This document shows positions 37,018 through 46,317 of a DNA stretch of 64,000 bases, piece after piece; the first letter of the stretch is position 1, and the number at the start of each line of letters is the position of its first letter. Under the pieces are notes generated by a model. The model worked only from the letters and a program-made list of their open reading frames with translations, ran no database searches and was not told the origin of the DNA. Origin of the DNA: an uncultured virus (IMG/VR IMGVR_UViG_3300031133_000402). Taxonomy: Duplodnaviria; Heunggongvirae; Uroviricota; Caudoviricetes. Location: the IMG/VR virus record IMGVR_UViG_3300031133_000402; one strand, given 5' to 3'. The position numbers and the translations under genes were made by a program.

Positions 37018-39048
37018 TTATGCGATCAGGCCGTACCGCTTGAGCAGCGCCGAGGGATCGGGATCCCGGCCCATGAACGCGCGGAAGCTCTCGATCGCGG
37101 GGCGGCTCGCCCCCTTGGACAGCACCTCGCGTCGGAAGTCGTCGCCGGTTGCGCGGTCGACCAGACCCGCTTCGACGAACTTGCCGAAGGCGTCCGCCGC
37201 CAGCAGCTCGGCCCACAGGTAGCTGTAGTAGCCGGCCGAGTAGCCTCCCGAGAAGATGTGACCGAAGGCGTGCGGCGTGCGGTGCCATTCCGGCGGACGC
37301 ATGACGGAGATCTCGTTGCGCACCGCGTTCAGCACCGTCATCGGATCGTCGCCCATCGTGCCTGCGTGCAGGATGATGTCGAACATCGCCAGTTCGACCT
37401 GACGCACGAGGAACAACCCGGATTGGAACCGACGCGCTCCGAGCAGTCGGTCGAACATGTCGGCGGGCAGCGTCTCGCCGGTGACGTGGTGTCCGGACAT
37501 GCCGGTGAGCACGTCGCGATCCCAGGCGAAGTCCTCCATCAGCTGGCTCGGCAGTTCCACGGCATCCCATTCGTAGCCGTTGATGCCGCCGATGATCGGA
37601 CGTTCCACGGTGCCGAACAGGTGGTGGATCGCATGGCCCGTCTCGTGGAGCAGGGTCGTCACGTCGTCGTGGCTGAGCAGCGACGGCGTGGTCTCGCCTC
37701 GGGGTGCGAAGTTGCAGGTGACGTATGCGACCGGCAGCGTCGTGACGCCGTCGACCTCCATCAGCGAACGCGACTGCGCGACCCATGCGCCGCCGCGCTT
37801 GCCGGTGCGGGCGTGCAGATCGAGGTACATGCCGGCGAACACGGTCCCCGCCTCGTCCGCCACGTCGTAGTAGACGGCGTCCCTGTGCCAGACCGCGACG
37901 TCGGCACGAGGCCGCAGCGTGATGCCGAACAGGTCGCGCAGCAGTCGCGTCCATCCTTCGACCACGCGCTCGACCGGGAAGTACGCGCGGACCTCCTGCT
38001 CGTCGACGGCGTGACGCGCGATGCGCAGTCGGTTGGAGACGAAGCCGACGTCCCAGGGCCGCAGATCGTCGATGCCGAGATCGCTCGACGCGAAGGCGCG
38101 CACCTCGTCGATCTCGCTCTGCGCGAAGGGCCGGGCGCGCTGGGCCAGATCCCGCAGGAACGCGAGGACCTGATCGCCGCTGTCGGCCATCTTGGTGTAC
38201 AGCGAGCGTTCGACGTGGCTGTCGAACCCGAGCAGCTGCGCGTTCTCGCGGCGAAGCGCCAGGAGGCGTGCGATGCGATCCGCATTGTCGAACCGGCCGG
38301 CGTCCGGGCCCCGATCCGAAGCGCGCGTGCCGTTGGCCTCGTACACGCGGGCGCGCAGGTCGCGATTCTCGGCGAAGGTAAGGATCGCGTCGACCGAGGG
38401 ATGCTGGAGCGTCACCAGCCATCCGTCGAGACCCTTGGCCGCGGCTGCGGCGGCGAACATCTCCATGTCCGCATCCGATACGCCCGTCAGCAGCGCGGCG
38501 TCGGTCACGTGCTCGCTCCATGCCTCGGTCGCGTCGAGCACCGCGCTCCTGAAGCCGTTGCCGAGACTGCCGAGGGTCACCGCGTTCTCGCCGAAGCGCG
38601 CGGCCTTCTCCGCATCCAGCGCGACGCCCGACAGCGTGAAGCCGCGGATCGAGCGGTGGACCGCGGCCTGGTCGGCGGGCGACAGGGTGGCGAACTCGGG
38701 CGATGCGACGAGACCGCGGTACAGGTCGAACAGATCGCGGTTCTGACCGACGCGCATGCCGTGTTCGGTGAGGCGCGCCTGGCCCGCCGCATGCGCCCGG
38801 CGCATGTCGGGATTGTCGGCCACGCTGTGCAGGTGCGAGATCGTCGACCACATCTCGCTCATCTGCGCGTCGATGCGCTCGAGCGGCAGCCATGCGCCGG
38901 CGAAGTCGGTCGGCTTCGTCGCGACCAGATCCGCGACGACGTCGTCGTGCCGCGCGATCAGCACGTCGAGTGCGGGGGCGATGTGGGCGTCGTCGATGTG
39001 ATCGAAGCGGGGAAGGACGTTCGTGTCGAGCAGGGGATTGACGTGCAT
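37018..39048 (-). CDS. prlC: oligopeptidase A, M3 family metallopeptidase
   Basis: 676 aa; NPLL start, YLDLHARTGKRGGAW, LLHETGHAIHH (HExxH), WDAVELPSQLME, HIFSGGYSAGYYSYLWAE. Confidence 0.93.
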   Translation of the reverse strand: MHVNPLLDTNVLPRFDHIDDAHIAPALDVLIARHDDVVADLVATKPTDFAGAWLPLERIDAQMSEMWSTISHLHSVADNPDMRRAHAAGQARLTEHGMRVGQNRDLFDLYRGLVASPEFATLSPADQAAVHRSIRGFTLSGVALDAEKAARFGENAVTLGSLGNGFRSAVLDATEAWSEHVTDAALLTGVSDADMEMFAAAAAAKGLDGWLVTLQHPSVDAILTFAENRDLRARVYEANGTRASDRGPDAGRFDNADRIARLLALRRENAQLLGFDSHVERSLYTKMADSGDQVLAFLRDLAQRARPFAQSEIDEVRAFASSDLGIDDLRPWDVGFVSNRLRIARHAVDEQEVRAYFPVERVVEGWTRLLRDLFGITLRPRADVAVWHRDAVYYDVADEAGTVFAGMYLDLHARTGKRGGAWVAQSRSLMEVDGVTTLPVAYVTCNFAPRGETTPSLLSHDDVTTLLHETGHAIHHLFGTVERPIIGGINGYEWDAVELPSQLMEDFAWDRDVLTGMSGHHVTGETLPADMFDRLLGARRFQSGLFLVRQVELAMFDIILHAGTMGDDPMTVLNAVRNEISVMRPPEWHRTPHAFGHIFSGGYSAGYYSYLWAELLAADAFGKFVEAGLVDRATGDDFRREVLSKGASRPAIESFRAFMGRDPDPSALLKRYGLIA

Positions 39049-39103
39049 GTTCGTTCCTTCGGCGTACTGGTCTGAATGCGTATCGGGCGCGGATGCTCGG
39101 CGT

Positions 39104-39562
39104 CTAGCCGATTTTCCCCTCCGTGTCCGTGGACACCGGCACTTCCTCGCTGCAACCCGCCTCCCGATCGCGCCGTCCGGCGATCTCCTGGGCGATCACC
39201 CGTCGTTTGATCATGTTTCCCGAGCCTGCCGCATCTTCCGCCGCTAGGTCGTCCGCCATGTGCACTATGCGCTGGTGTTCGTATCGGCTCAGCATGCCGT
39301 CGGACAGGCTCTTCGCGACTTCGCCGGCGAGACGCGGGTCGTGGTCGCGGAGCCTCACGACCTCTTCGTATCCGCTCGCACTCGTGTCGGTGTACGCCGG
39401 GTAGACCGCGATGGCGACCCCGGCGACCACTCCGCCGACCAGGCCTGTGGCCGCCACCGCATGGCTGCCCAGCCGCACCATCATTCCCAGGACGCCGCCG
39501 CACAGGCCGCACATCGCGACGATCATGCACAGCTGCATGTGGTAGTTCGTGAGTGATGTCAT
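39104..39562 (-). CDS. membrane protein, family E
   Basis: Two TM + DPRLAGEVAKSLSDGMLSRYE. Confidence 0.6.
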   Translation of the reverse strand: MTSLTNYHMQLCMIVAMCGLCGGVLGMMVRLGSHAVAATGLVGGVVAGVAIAVYPAYTDTSASGYEEVVRLRDHDPRLAGEVAKSLSDGMLSRYEHQRIVHMADDLAAEDAAGSGNMIKRRVIAQEIAGRRDREAGCSEEVPVSTDTEGKIG

Positions 39563-39581
39563 CGTCCGCTCTCCATCTCGA

Positions 39582-40679
39582 TTAGTTTGGTGAGGATGCC
39601 GCGGTCGTCCAAGGATCGACCGTCGCCTTCTCGAGGAACCGGCGCTCGGTCTGCAGAGCGTCCCTCGCAGCCTGCGCATGGCGATCCATGGCGTCTTCGA
39701 GCGCGGAGGTCAGCATGTCCAGCGACGCGACCGCCACGCCGCGCACCTCGTCCCGCTGCCCACCGGTCGAGGTGTCGTGAGCGGTGACGAACCGCGACGC
39801 GAGCCTGGGCAGATGACGCTCGAGCATGTTCGCGGTCTCGACCCTGTCCATGTCGGTGAAGAAGGCGGGATCCGCGCTCTCGTGGCGTTGACGCTGCACC
39901 CTCAGGCGGTCGATCACCGCGTCGTCGTCGAGCCGGGTCGCGACGACGTCCAGCACGTCCGTCGATCCGATCGTCGTCGGCGCCACGCCGCCGCGCAGAG
40001 GCACGTCGTCCTCGTGCACGATCTCGGGTATGAACAGCCCCATGTCCTCGGCGCAGCGACGCCACAGCTGCACGATGTTGCACGTCTTGACGAGGAACTC
40101 CTGTCTGGTGACCGGCGCATCGGGATTGCCCTCGACGCCGACCGCGATTTCCTCGAACGCCTTCGCGAGTTCGCGTGCCCTCTTGGCCGGCGTTGCTCCC
40201 GGCATCACGGCCACTCTGTGAAGCCGCGTGGCGAAATCCACGTCCGTCACCTCCGACAGCCGCCGCGCCGTCGTGCCGCTCAGGCATACGAACTGGGCGA
40301 TCTCGTCGTCGGTCCGCGCCCTGAGCAGGTGCCCCAGACGACGCAGGTCGGATGCGAGCACGTCCGCGTTGGTGCACAGGATGTCGGGGTTCAGCAGATC
40401 GTCGGTGTCGTGGCTGATCCGCCGGAACGACCTCGCGTACATCCATGGACCCGTCAGACATGTCACAGCCGTCAATACTGGCAGTATCAGGGCGATGGAC
40501 AGTGCGGCGCTCGACGCGAATGCCCAGCCGCACAGACATGTCACCAGGATCGCCGCGATCATCACGCCGCTTATCATGGCGCCCTCTCTGCGCTGATGCA
40601 GACGGGCTTCGCGACGCTTTGCCAGCACGGTCTGGCGCAGTGCTGCATATCCGGGACCGGTCGTGGTGACTTCGTTCAT
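39582..40679 (-). CDS. membrane protein with XpaC-like C-terminus (family D)
   Basis: Two TM; LERHLPRLASRF...DALQTERRFLEK. Confidence 0.65.
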   Translation of the reverse strand: MNEVTTTGPGYAALRQTVLAKRREARLHQRREGAMISGVMIAAILVTCLCGWAFASSAALSIALILPVLTAVTCLTGPWMYARSFRRISHDTDDLLNPDILCTNADVLASDLRRLGHLLRARTDDEIAQFVCLSGTTARRLSEVTDVDFATRLHRVAVMPGATPAKRARELAKAFEEIAVGVEGNPDAPVTRQEFLVKTCNIVQLWRRCAEDMGLFIPEIVHEDDVPLRGGVAPTTIGSTDVLDVVATRLDDDAVIDRLRVQRQRHESADPAFFTDMDRVETANMLERHLPRLASRFVTAHDTSTGGQRDEVRGVAVASLDMLTSALEDAMDRHAQAARDALQTERRFLEKATVDPWTTAASSPN

Positions 40680-40703
40680 GTGATGGCCTTTCCGACCGGG
40701 TGG

Positions 40704-41264
40704 TCAGTAGCTGTCGGCGATGACCTCGTATTCGAAGCCGGTTTCGGTCGCGAAAACCCGGATGCGCGGACTGTAGCCCGAGCGGTCGACATGCATCTCG
40801 TAGGCGCCTCGCCCTTCGTGTTCGACGTAGACGGGCTCCATGACGCCGTGCAGGTTGTCGTAGAGGCGCTCACCCTTGTGGTCGCCGTAGTCGACGTGCT
40901 CGTAGAACCTGTCGGGTGTCGGGCCGGCGCAGACGACGAGCGAGCTCGCGAACACCGCTCCGGCGTTCTCGAATCGGTAGTCGTCCATCATGTCGCGCCA
41001 GCTGTCGTAGCCCTCCTTGTCCATGAGCGGCTTGCGGAACGCATCGGCGATCGCCTTGTCGAGATCGCCGCGCAGGTTCGGCACGGCGCGCGCGGTGACC
41101 GTCCCGTCGGCTGCCTCCACCGTCTCGATCAGGCGTCCGTCCTCGTGCTCGAAGGCCCGCACCATGCCCTGCGCCGTCCTGGTGCGCGATCTGCGCTTCC
41201 AGTCCGATGGCTTGGTGTCGGGATGCAGTCGCGTGAGTTCGGTCTTGATGGCGTCGCTGCTCAT
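40704..41264 (-). CDS. hypothetical protein
   Basis: 186-aa ORF with good codon bias. Confidence 0.65.
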   Translation of the reverse strand: MSSDAIKTELTRLHPDTKPSDWKRRSRTRTAQGMVRAFEHEDGRLIETVEAADGTVTARAVPNLRGDLDKAIADAFRKPLMDKEGYDSWRDMMDDYRFENAGAVFASSLVVCAGPTPDRFYEHVDYGDHKGERLYDNLHGVMEPVYVEHEGRGAYEMHVDRSGYSPRIRVFATETGFEYEVIADSY

Positions 41265-41336
41265 GGTCGATTCCCTGTCAGGTGATTGCGTTGGTCATGA
41301 CCTCCGCGATGCGTCGGCGATCACGGGAGACGCCGA

Positions 41337-42365
41337 TCAGGCGGCGTCTTGTTCGCCGGTTTCGGCCTCGCATGTCGGGACGACGTGGGGATGTCGCCTT
41401 CTGAGGAATTTCAGATGCGCGATCAACGCGTCGCTCTTCTCGCTGCGCTCCAGCGTCAGACCCTCCTCGATCGTGGCGGCGATGATGTCGAGACCCTCGT
41501 CGAAGTGCCGCACGACCTCGGCGCGTCCGGCGTCCGTCGTCGCTTCCCCCAGAGCGTCGTCGCGCTTGGCGATAAGCTCAGGCAGGTGCCGTTCCACCAG
41601 CGGCGTCAGCGGCGTCCCGTCGGCATCGACCAGGTCCGGCACCAGCGCCACGGCGGCATGTCCCACGCGCAGAACCTCCGACTCCCTGGAGTCGCCCTCG
41701 ACCGAGACGGGTTGCACCATGTTGGCGCTGAGATTGCTCATTCGCACCAGCGCACGCGCCTTGAGATCGCCCAGAGCCTTCTGCATGTCGTGGTAGAAGA
41801 GACCCACGGTGCCATGCGAATCCGTGCGCGCCCAGGCTTGATGCGGCATCTGCCAAGTCGACCTGTCGAACTTCGCGGCCACTTCCACGCCATTGCCTAT
41901 GTCCAGCCATTCGCCGTCCGGGTGCACAGTCATCGCGCCGATCTTCTGTTCGATGCGACGCATCAACGCTCGTCTGACGACGTTCTGCGTGTCGCGCCTT
42001 GGCTTTCGTCGCAGCAACTTGTCGATGCGGGTGAGCGGCACGAACGCGAAGAACTCGGGATTCTCGATCGGGCAGTCTCCGCCTAGCTTCTTCAGGATGG
42101 CATGGGCCTGCACGGCTTCGTAGGCTCGGTGCATCGTCTTCTTTCCCGCGACGGAGATGACGTCGTCTCCCCGCAGAATGCGCGTCCGCATGTTGCATTC
42201 ATAGTCGTTGAACGATGCCGTTATCTCGATCGTGATCCCGTTGGACAGGTTGAGCGTCGTGAGGGAAAATTCCTCTTGGAAGACGGGTGCGAGCGTGTCG
42301 CGCGCGGCCCAGATCGAGAGCCCCACGTCCCGCAGGAACGCGTCGGTCGCATCGGCGCTGGTCAT
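41337..42365 (-). CDS. protein with XpaC-like C-terminus (family D, no TM)
   Basis: DLVDADGTPLTPLVERHLPELI...DALIAHLKFLRRRH. Confidence 0.65.
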   Translation of the reverse strand: MTSADATDAFLRDVGLSIWAARDTLAPVFQEEFSLTTLNLSNGITIEITASFNDYECNMRTRILRGDDVISVAGKKTMHRAYEAVQAHAILKKLGGDCPIENPEFFAFVPLTRIDKLLRRKPRRDTQNVVRRALMRRIEQKIGAMTVHPDGEWLDIGNGVEVAAKFDRSTWQMPHQAWARTDSHGTVGLFYHDMQKALGDLKARALVRMSNLSANMVQPVSVEGDSRESEVLRVGHAAVALVPDLVDADGTPLTPLVERHLPELIAKRDDALGEATTDAGRAEVVRHFDEGLDIIAATIEEGLTLERSEKSDALIAHLKFLRRRHPHVVPTCEAETGEQDAA

Positions 42366-42386
42366 GGTCGTCTGCCTTTCCGGTGG

Positions 42387-42917
42387 TTAGTTGTGGGCGT
42401 ACGGCACGGGGTCAATGTCCAACGCTGTGTAGCCGTTCTCCCGCAGCCAGCGCTCGCGTGCGTCGTGGTCCGTCGTCGCCTCCAGCGCCGCCTTCACGTC
42501 CGGCGGCCCGACGAGCACGTCGTAGTCCTCGCCGAAGCGTTCGCGTTCGTGCAGCAGCAGATCGGTCTCGTCGAAGATCGTCGGGAAGACGCGCACCGCC
42601 TCCCCGATGATCGACGCCACGTCGTTGAAGCGGTTGGTCTCGTCGCCCGGCTTGATCCGGAAGGACGGCGTGACGTAGCCGTCGCCGTCCTTCTTGTTCA
42701 GGTACAGCGCCTCCTTGGCGTCGACGCGGCGCTTGATCTGATGACCGTCGAGCGGATGCCTCGGCACGCCGCCGCCCATGCGCAGGATCTGCGCGACGCT
42801 GCCGTCGGGCCGCACGACGGGCGTGGTCTTCGTCTTCACCTCGAAGGCGCCGTAGTAGTGCTCGCCTCCGATCGACGCCCGCAGGGACGTGATGGTTAGC
42901 ATGACGATGTCGCGCAT
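42387..42917 (-). CDS. hypothetical protein
   Basis: 176-aa ORF, GAGGAG RBS. Confidence 0.65.
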   Translation of the reverse strand: MRDIVMLTITSLRASIGGEHYYGAFEVKTKTTPVVRPDGSVAQILRMGGGVPRHPLDGHQIKRRVDAKEALYLNKKDGDGYVTPSFRIKPGDETNRFNDVASIIGEAVRVFPTIFDETDLLLHERERFGEDYDVLVGPPDVKAALEATTDHDARERWLRENGYTALDIDPVPYAHN

Positions 42918-42975
42918 TCCGGTTCTCCTCGTCCGCGTCGAATGCGCGGGTCGCGTCTTTTCCCCTTTCGGGTCC

Positions 42976-43281
42976 TCAGACGCCTCCGTTCCGCCCCATC
43001 ACGCCCTTCATGATCTCGTCCAGGCTGGGGCGCCTGATGTCTGTCGTCGTGACGAAGGCCGTCTCGACGTCGACGACGACGTAGCCGAGCGCCCGCAAGG
43101 CGGCCGGCACGGCATCCATGCGCTCGTCGGCCGTGTCTCCTTCGATCACGTGCGGCTCGTCGAAGATCGGCTCGTCGAATGCGAGCGTGTCGGACTGCAC
43201 GAGAAGGTATCGCGAATAGTAGACGTTGCCGTCCTCGCGTGAATGTCCGTCGCTGGTCACGACGACGATGCGCTGGTTCAT
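42976..43281 (-). CDS. hypothetical protein
   Basis: Start MNQRIVV, GGAG RBS, ATGA overlap. Confidence 0.55.
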   Translation of the reverse strand: MNQRIVVVTSDGHSREDGNVYYSRYLLVQSDTLAFDEPIFDEPHVIEGDTADERMDAVPAALRALGYVVVDVETAFVTTTDIRRPSLDEIMKGVMGRNGGV

Positions 43282-43904
43282 GACGGGGTTCTCCGTTCGC
43301 GTGTGTCTTCGTCGTCGAGCGTGCTGAACGCGAGGTCCGTCACCGCATCCGCGGCCCAGCGGCGCAGGTCCGGGTCCAGCCGGGCCGCCAAGGGCACGTA
43401 GTGTCCCGTCAGCATGGGATCGTACGTGAGGGCCTCCCCGCGCACGCCGAAAGCGGGGTCGCGCGGGACGAACTTGCGGCGCCGATCGCTCGGCTGGTTC
43501 ACCGCGCACGTCTGCGACGCGATTCCGGCCTCGGATTCGACCGTGACGATGAGCGTCATTCTCGCCTTCGGATGCCTGCCCGGATCCTTGCCGGAGGCCA
43601 GCCAGGCTTCCACGTCTGCCGCGTCGCTATCGTCGGTTGTGTCGAACTCCAGACGCTCGTAGGCGATCGCCGTGCGCGTCGCTCTCGCCTTCATGCACGC
43701 CAGACGCAGCGCGTCCATGACGTCCTCCTCGCCTTCACCTTCGCCGCGTCCCTTCGGCGCGATCATGGTGCGCGTGCCGTCGGCATCCATGTAGGCGCCG
43801 AAGGGCTGGCGACGACGTCTGCGCGAATAGAGGCCCCTGGCGATCCCGACGATCTCCGCCAGGAACGCGAGGTCTCCTGCGCCTGCTTCGTGCATCGTCT
43901 TCAT
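43278..43904 (-). CDS. hypothetical protein
   Basis: Start MKTMHEAG, ATGA overlap. Confidence 0.6.
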   Translation of the reverse strand: MKTMHEAGAGDLAFLAEIVGIARGLYSRRRRRQPFGAYMDADGTRTMIAPKGRGEGEGEEDVMDALRLACMKARATRTAIAYERLEFDTTDDSDAADVEAWLASGKDPGRHPKARMTLIVTVESEAGIASQTCAVNQPSDRRRKFVPRDPAFGVRGEALTYDPMLTGHYVPLAARLDPDLRRWAADAVTDLAFSTLDDEDTRERRTPS

Positions 43905-44419
43905 CCTCGAATGGTGTTGCTCGTGATCGTCGTTTCTTGCGTCGCGAGGTGGCCCGAGAGCTGGTCGTCGAAGAAGGGCATCAGCAGGAAGTGGTCCGCA
44001 CCTTCGGGACACGTGGCGTCGTGATGCCGTCCGTCCAGCACCAGCCAGTTGTGCGTCATCGCTCCGAGGAGGCCGGCCAGCGCGTCGTCGTCGATGCCGG
44101 ATGGCAACGGCGCCCCCTCCCGTCTGAGACGGGGAATGTCCATGTGGAAGGGGTCGGCCTCCTCGTCGCCGTCATCGTCGACGACCATGGTCCACCAGTC
44201 CTCGGTGACCACGTCCACCAGTCGGGCATGACTGTCTTCGGGCGCGTAGCCCGCACCGTGTCCGGCCACGCCCAGCCGGCGCATGACGGCCTGCGCGAAG
44301 TCGTAGCAGTGGCCGTCGCCGATCGCGCGTGCGTCGGCGACGGTGCCCGCCATGATCCACGCCTCGCGTTCTGCGACGATGGCGGCCGACAGCTCTGCCG
44401 TCGTCGGCTTGTCGGTCAT
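43901..44419 (-). CDS. hypothetical protein with Cys-His-Asp motifs (possible papain/transglutaminase-like fold)
   Basis: GHCYDFA...THNWLVLDGRHHDATCPEG. Confidence 0.55.
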   Translation of the reverse strand: MTDKPTTAELSAAIVAEREAWIMAGTVADARAIGDGHCYDFAQAVMRRLGVAGHGAGYAPEDSHARLVDVVTEDWWTMVVDDDGDEEADPFHMDIPRLRREGAPLPSGIDDDALAGLLGAMTHNWLVLDGRHHDATCPEGADHFLLMPFFDDQLSGHLATQETTITSNTIRG

Positions 44420-44451
44420 GCGCCACCTCGTCGTGGATGGAGATCCCGGTG

Positions 44452-45051
44452 TCAGACCAGCTTGCGCGCCTGCGCCATCACGGTCTCGTCGGCGCCGTTC
44501 ACGAGCGTGCCCTTGATCTTGCCCGCGGCGATCGCCTTGCTCACGGACGCCAGCGCTTCGGGCGTCGGCTTGCCCTTGTACGTGAAGAGCGCGTCCTCGC
44601 CATTTTCCTTGTCCATGACCAGGATCTTGGTGTTGAGCAGGCGCGCGAGGCGCTTGCGCTGCAGCTCGTCCTCGACGAGGTCGCCGACGACCATCTCGAG
44701 CGAGTTGTCGAGCATCATGCCGTGGCAGTCGATCTGCGGCGTGGTCGCCTTCAGCCAGGCGTCGATCTCGCGCTCGTCCGGACCGTCGTACGCCTTGATG
44801 CGGTGGTACATGTCGGCGCCGCCGGTTCCGTGGTTCGACGCGTCGAACGCGGGCACGCCGTCGATCAGCACGACCGCGGTGTAGGCGTTGGTCTCCTCCG
44901 ACAGCGAGGGCGAGTGCTTCAGCTTCGAGATGCCGATGGCCATCGAGCGAGGCTTCGCCTTGGTGCCGCCGGCGATCCATGCGTCGATCTCGGGGTGGAT
45001 GCGGATCACGGCTTGCACGCCGTCTTCGGTCTGCACTGCGAGTAGGGTCAA
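44452..45051 (-). CDS. hypothetical protein (phage-like)
   Basis: SEETNAYTA...ASNHGTGG motif; TTG start with AAGGAG RBS. Confidence 0.65.
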   Translation of the reverse strand: MTLLAVQTEDGVQAVIRIHPEIDAWIAGGTKAKPRSMAIGISKLKHSPSLSEETNAYTAVVLIDGVPAFDASNHGTGGADMYHRIKAYDGPDEREIDAWLKATTPQIDCHGMMLDNSLEMVVGDLVEDELQRKRLARLLNTKILVMDKENGEDALFTYKGKPTPEALASVSKAIAAGKIKGTLVNGADETVMAQARKLV

Positions 45052-45093
45052 TTCACGTCTCCTTGGTCTTCGGGTGATGGATCGTCGTTCGGA

Positions 45094-45537
45094 TCAGAAG
45101 CAGCGCCAGATCGTCGTCGCGACCGGGTTGAGCCACCAGAAAGGCTTGCGCGCCTCGACCATCTGCTGGACTACGTTGTGCGTGCCGCCCTTGTTGCCGT
45201 CCCACACGACGATGCCGGCCTGCGCACGCTCGACCATGTGGCGGTTGCGGACGTGGCTCACCTTGGCCGCGCGCCCGATCAGCCGGTCGCGGAGCAGGCG
45301 TTCGTCTTCGGCCATTTCGAGACGCTGGTCCTCGAAGGGTATGCACGCCTCGTACGGTATGCCGAGATCGACGCAGGCCTGGCAGAACCACAGATCCACG
45401 CCGCTCGCCATGCCCGCGTAGGCGTAGGACGTCGGCTTGTCGGGATCGACCAGCGTTTCGGCGATCGCCAGCCTTATCCAGTCCGTGTCGTAGTTCTGCA
45501 GCTTGAACAACCGGTGACCGGTCACGAGCGTCTTCAT
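45094..45537 (-). CDS. YspA-like SLOG family protein
   Basis: VTGHR...GMASGVDLW...IPF...RNRHMVE...VWDGNKGGT. Confidence 0.8.
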   Translation of the reverse strand: MKTLVTGHRLFKLQNYDTDWIRLAIAETLVDPDKPTSYAYAGMASGVDLWFCQACVDLGIPYEACIPFEDQRLEMAEDERLLRDRLIGRAAKVSHVRNRHMVERAQAGIVVWDGNKGGTHNVVQQMVEARKPFWWLNPVATTIWRCF

Positions 45538-45603
45538 GATCGGTCTCCCGCATCCGTGTCGTTTCAGGTGTCGTCGTCACCCTTCGTCCTGGTCGCAGCT
45601 TGC

Positions 45604-46023
45604 TCAGATTCCAGGGATCGTGAGGCTGGAGCCGCGATCGAGATGCATCGGCGCGACGGTGCAGGCGGCGAGACCTCCGGGCAGCGCGCGCACCCGCTCG
45701 ACGTGCGTGTCGAGGACGCCGATCTCCGCCTCGTCGACGGACCCGTCGCTCATCGCCCGGCGGGCCGGCTCCACGGCGGACGGACACTCGGTCTCGATGG
45801 CCTTGGCGTAGCGCATGCCGGCATCGTCGATCATGCGGTTGGTCGTGGCCGCCATGCTGAAGGGGATCTGCGGTGCCGCGACCAGCGCCGCGCACGCGGC
45901 CAGCATGCAGAACCCCAGCAAGTGCATCACGATGTCGGCCTTCCAGGTGGACGTCGTGGCCTGCTTCGCGTCGTAGGCGCTGCCATCGTGCCGGCGCCGC
46001 GACGTGTCGTCGATCTCGTCCAT
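45604..46023 (-). CDS. membrane protein, family E
   Basis: CPSAVEPARRAMSDGSVDEAE...LPGGLAAC. Confidence 0.6.
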   Translation of the reverse strand: MDEIDDTSRRRHDGSAYDAKQATTSTWKADIVMHLLGFCMLAACAALVAAPQIPFSMAATTNRMIDDAGMRYAKAIETECPSAVEPARRAMSDGSVDEAEIGVLDTHVERVRALPGGLAACTVAPMHLDRGSSLTIPGI

Positions 46024-46281
46024 CGTCGAAAGTCCCCCTTGTCGTAAGTGCGTGAGTGGCGTCAGTAGCCGTCCGCGTCGATGTCGTCGGCCGACACTTC
46101 GTAGCCGAGGTCGATCGCGGTCTTCTCGGCGTCTTGGCGGCTGCCGAGATACGTCGCGAGAATGCGCGGATCGTCCTGATCCTCGAGCGGAGAGAAGTCC
46201 CGCAGGGGATCCACGGCGTCGAGCGCTGCGGCCAGATCGGCTGTGACGACGTGCCAGAAGTCGGTTCTGCGGATTATCGGG

Positions 46282-46310
46282 TTGATGCTTCAAAACCAAG
46301 TGGTTATGAT
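46282..46310 (+). promoter_or_regulatory. sigma70 promoter TTGATG-N17-TATGAT, leaderless tnpB start
   Basis: Same position as in copy 1; ATG at 46318. Confidence 0.7.
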
Positions 46311-46317
46311 TATAACC

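Noticed and set aside
7376..42417. Other CATTGAC occurrences (near 7376 and 42411) as further recoding sites
   Set aside because: They are ordinary in-frame Ile-Asp codons inside intact genes and lack the rest of the leader
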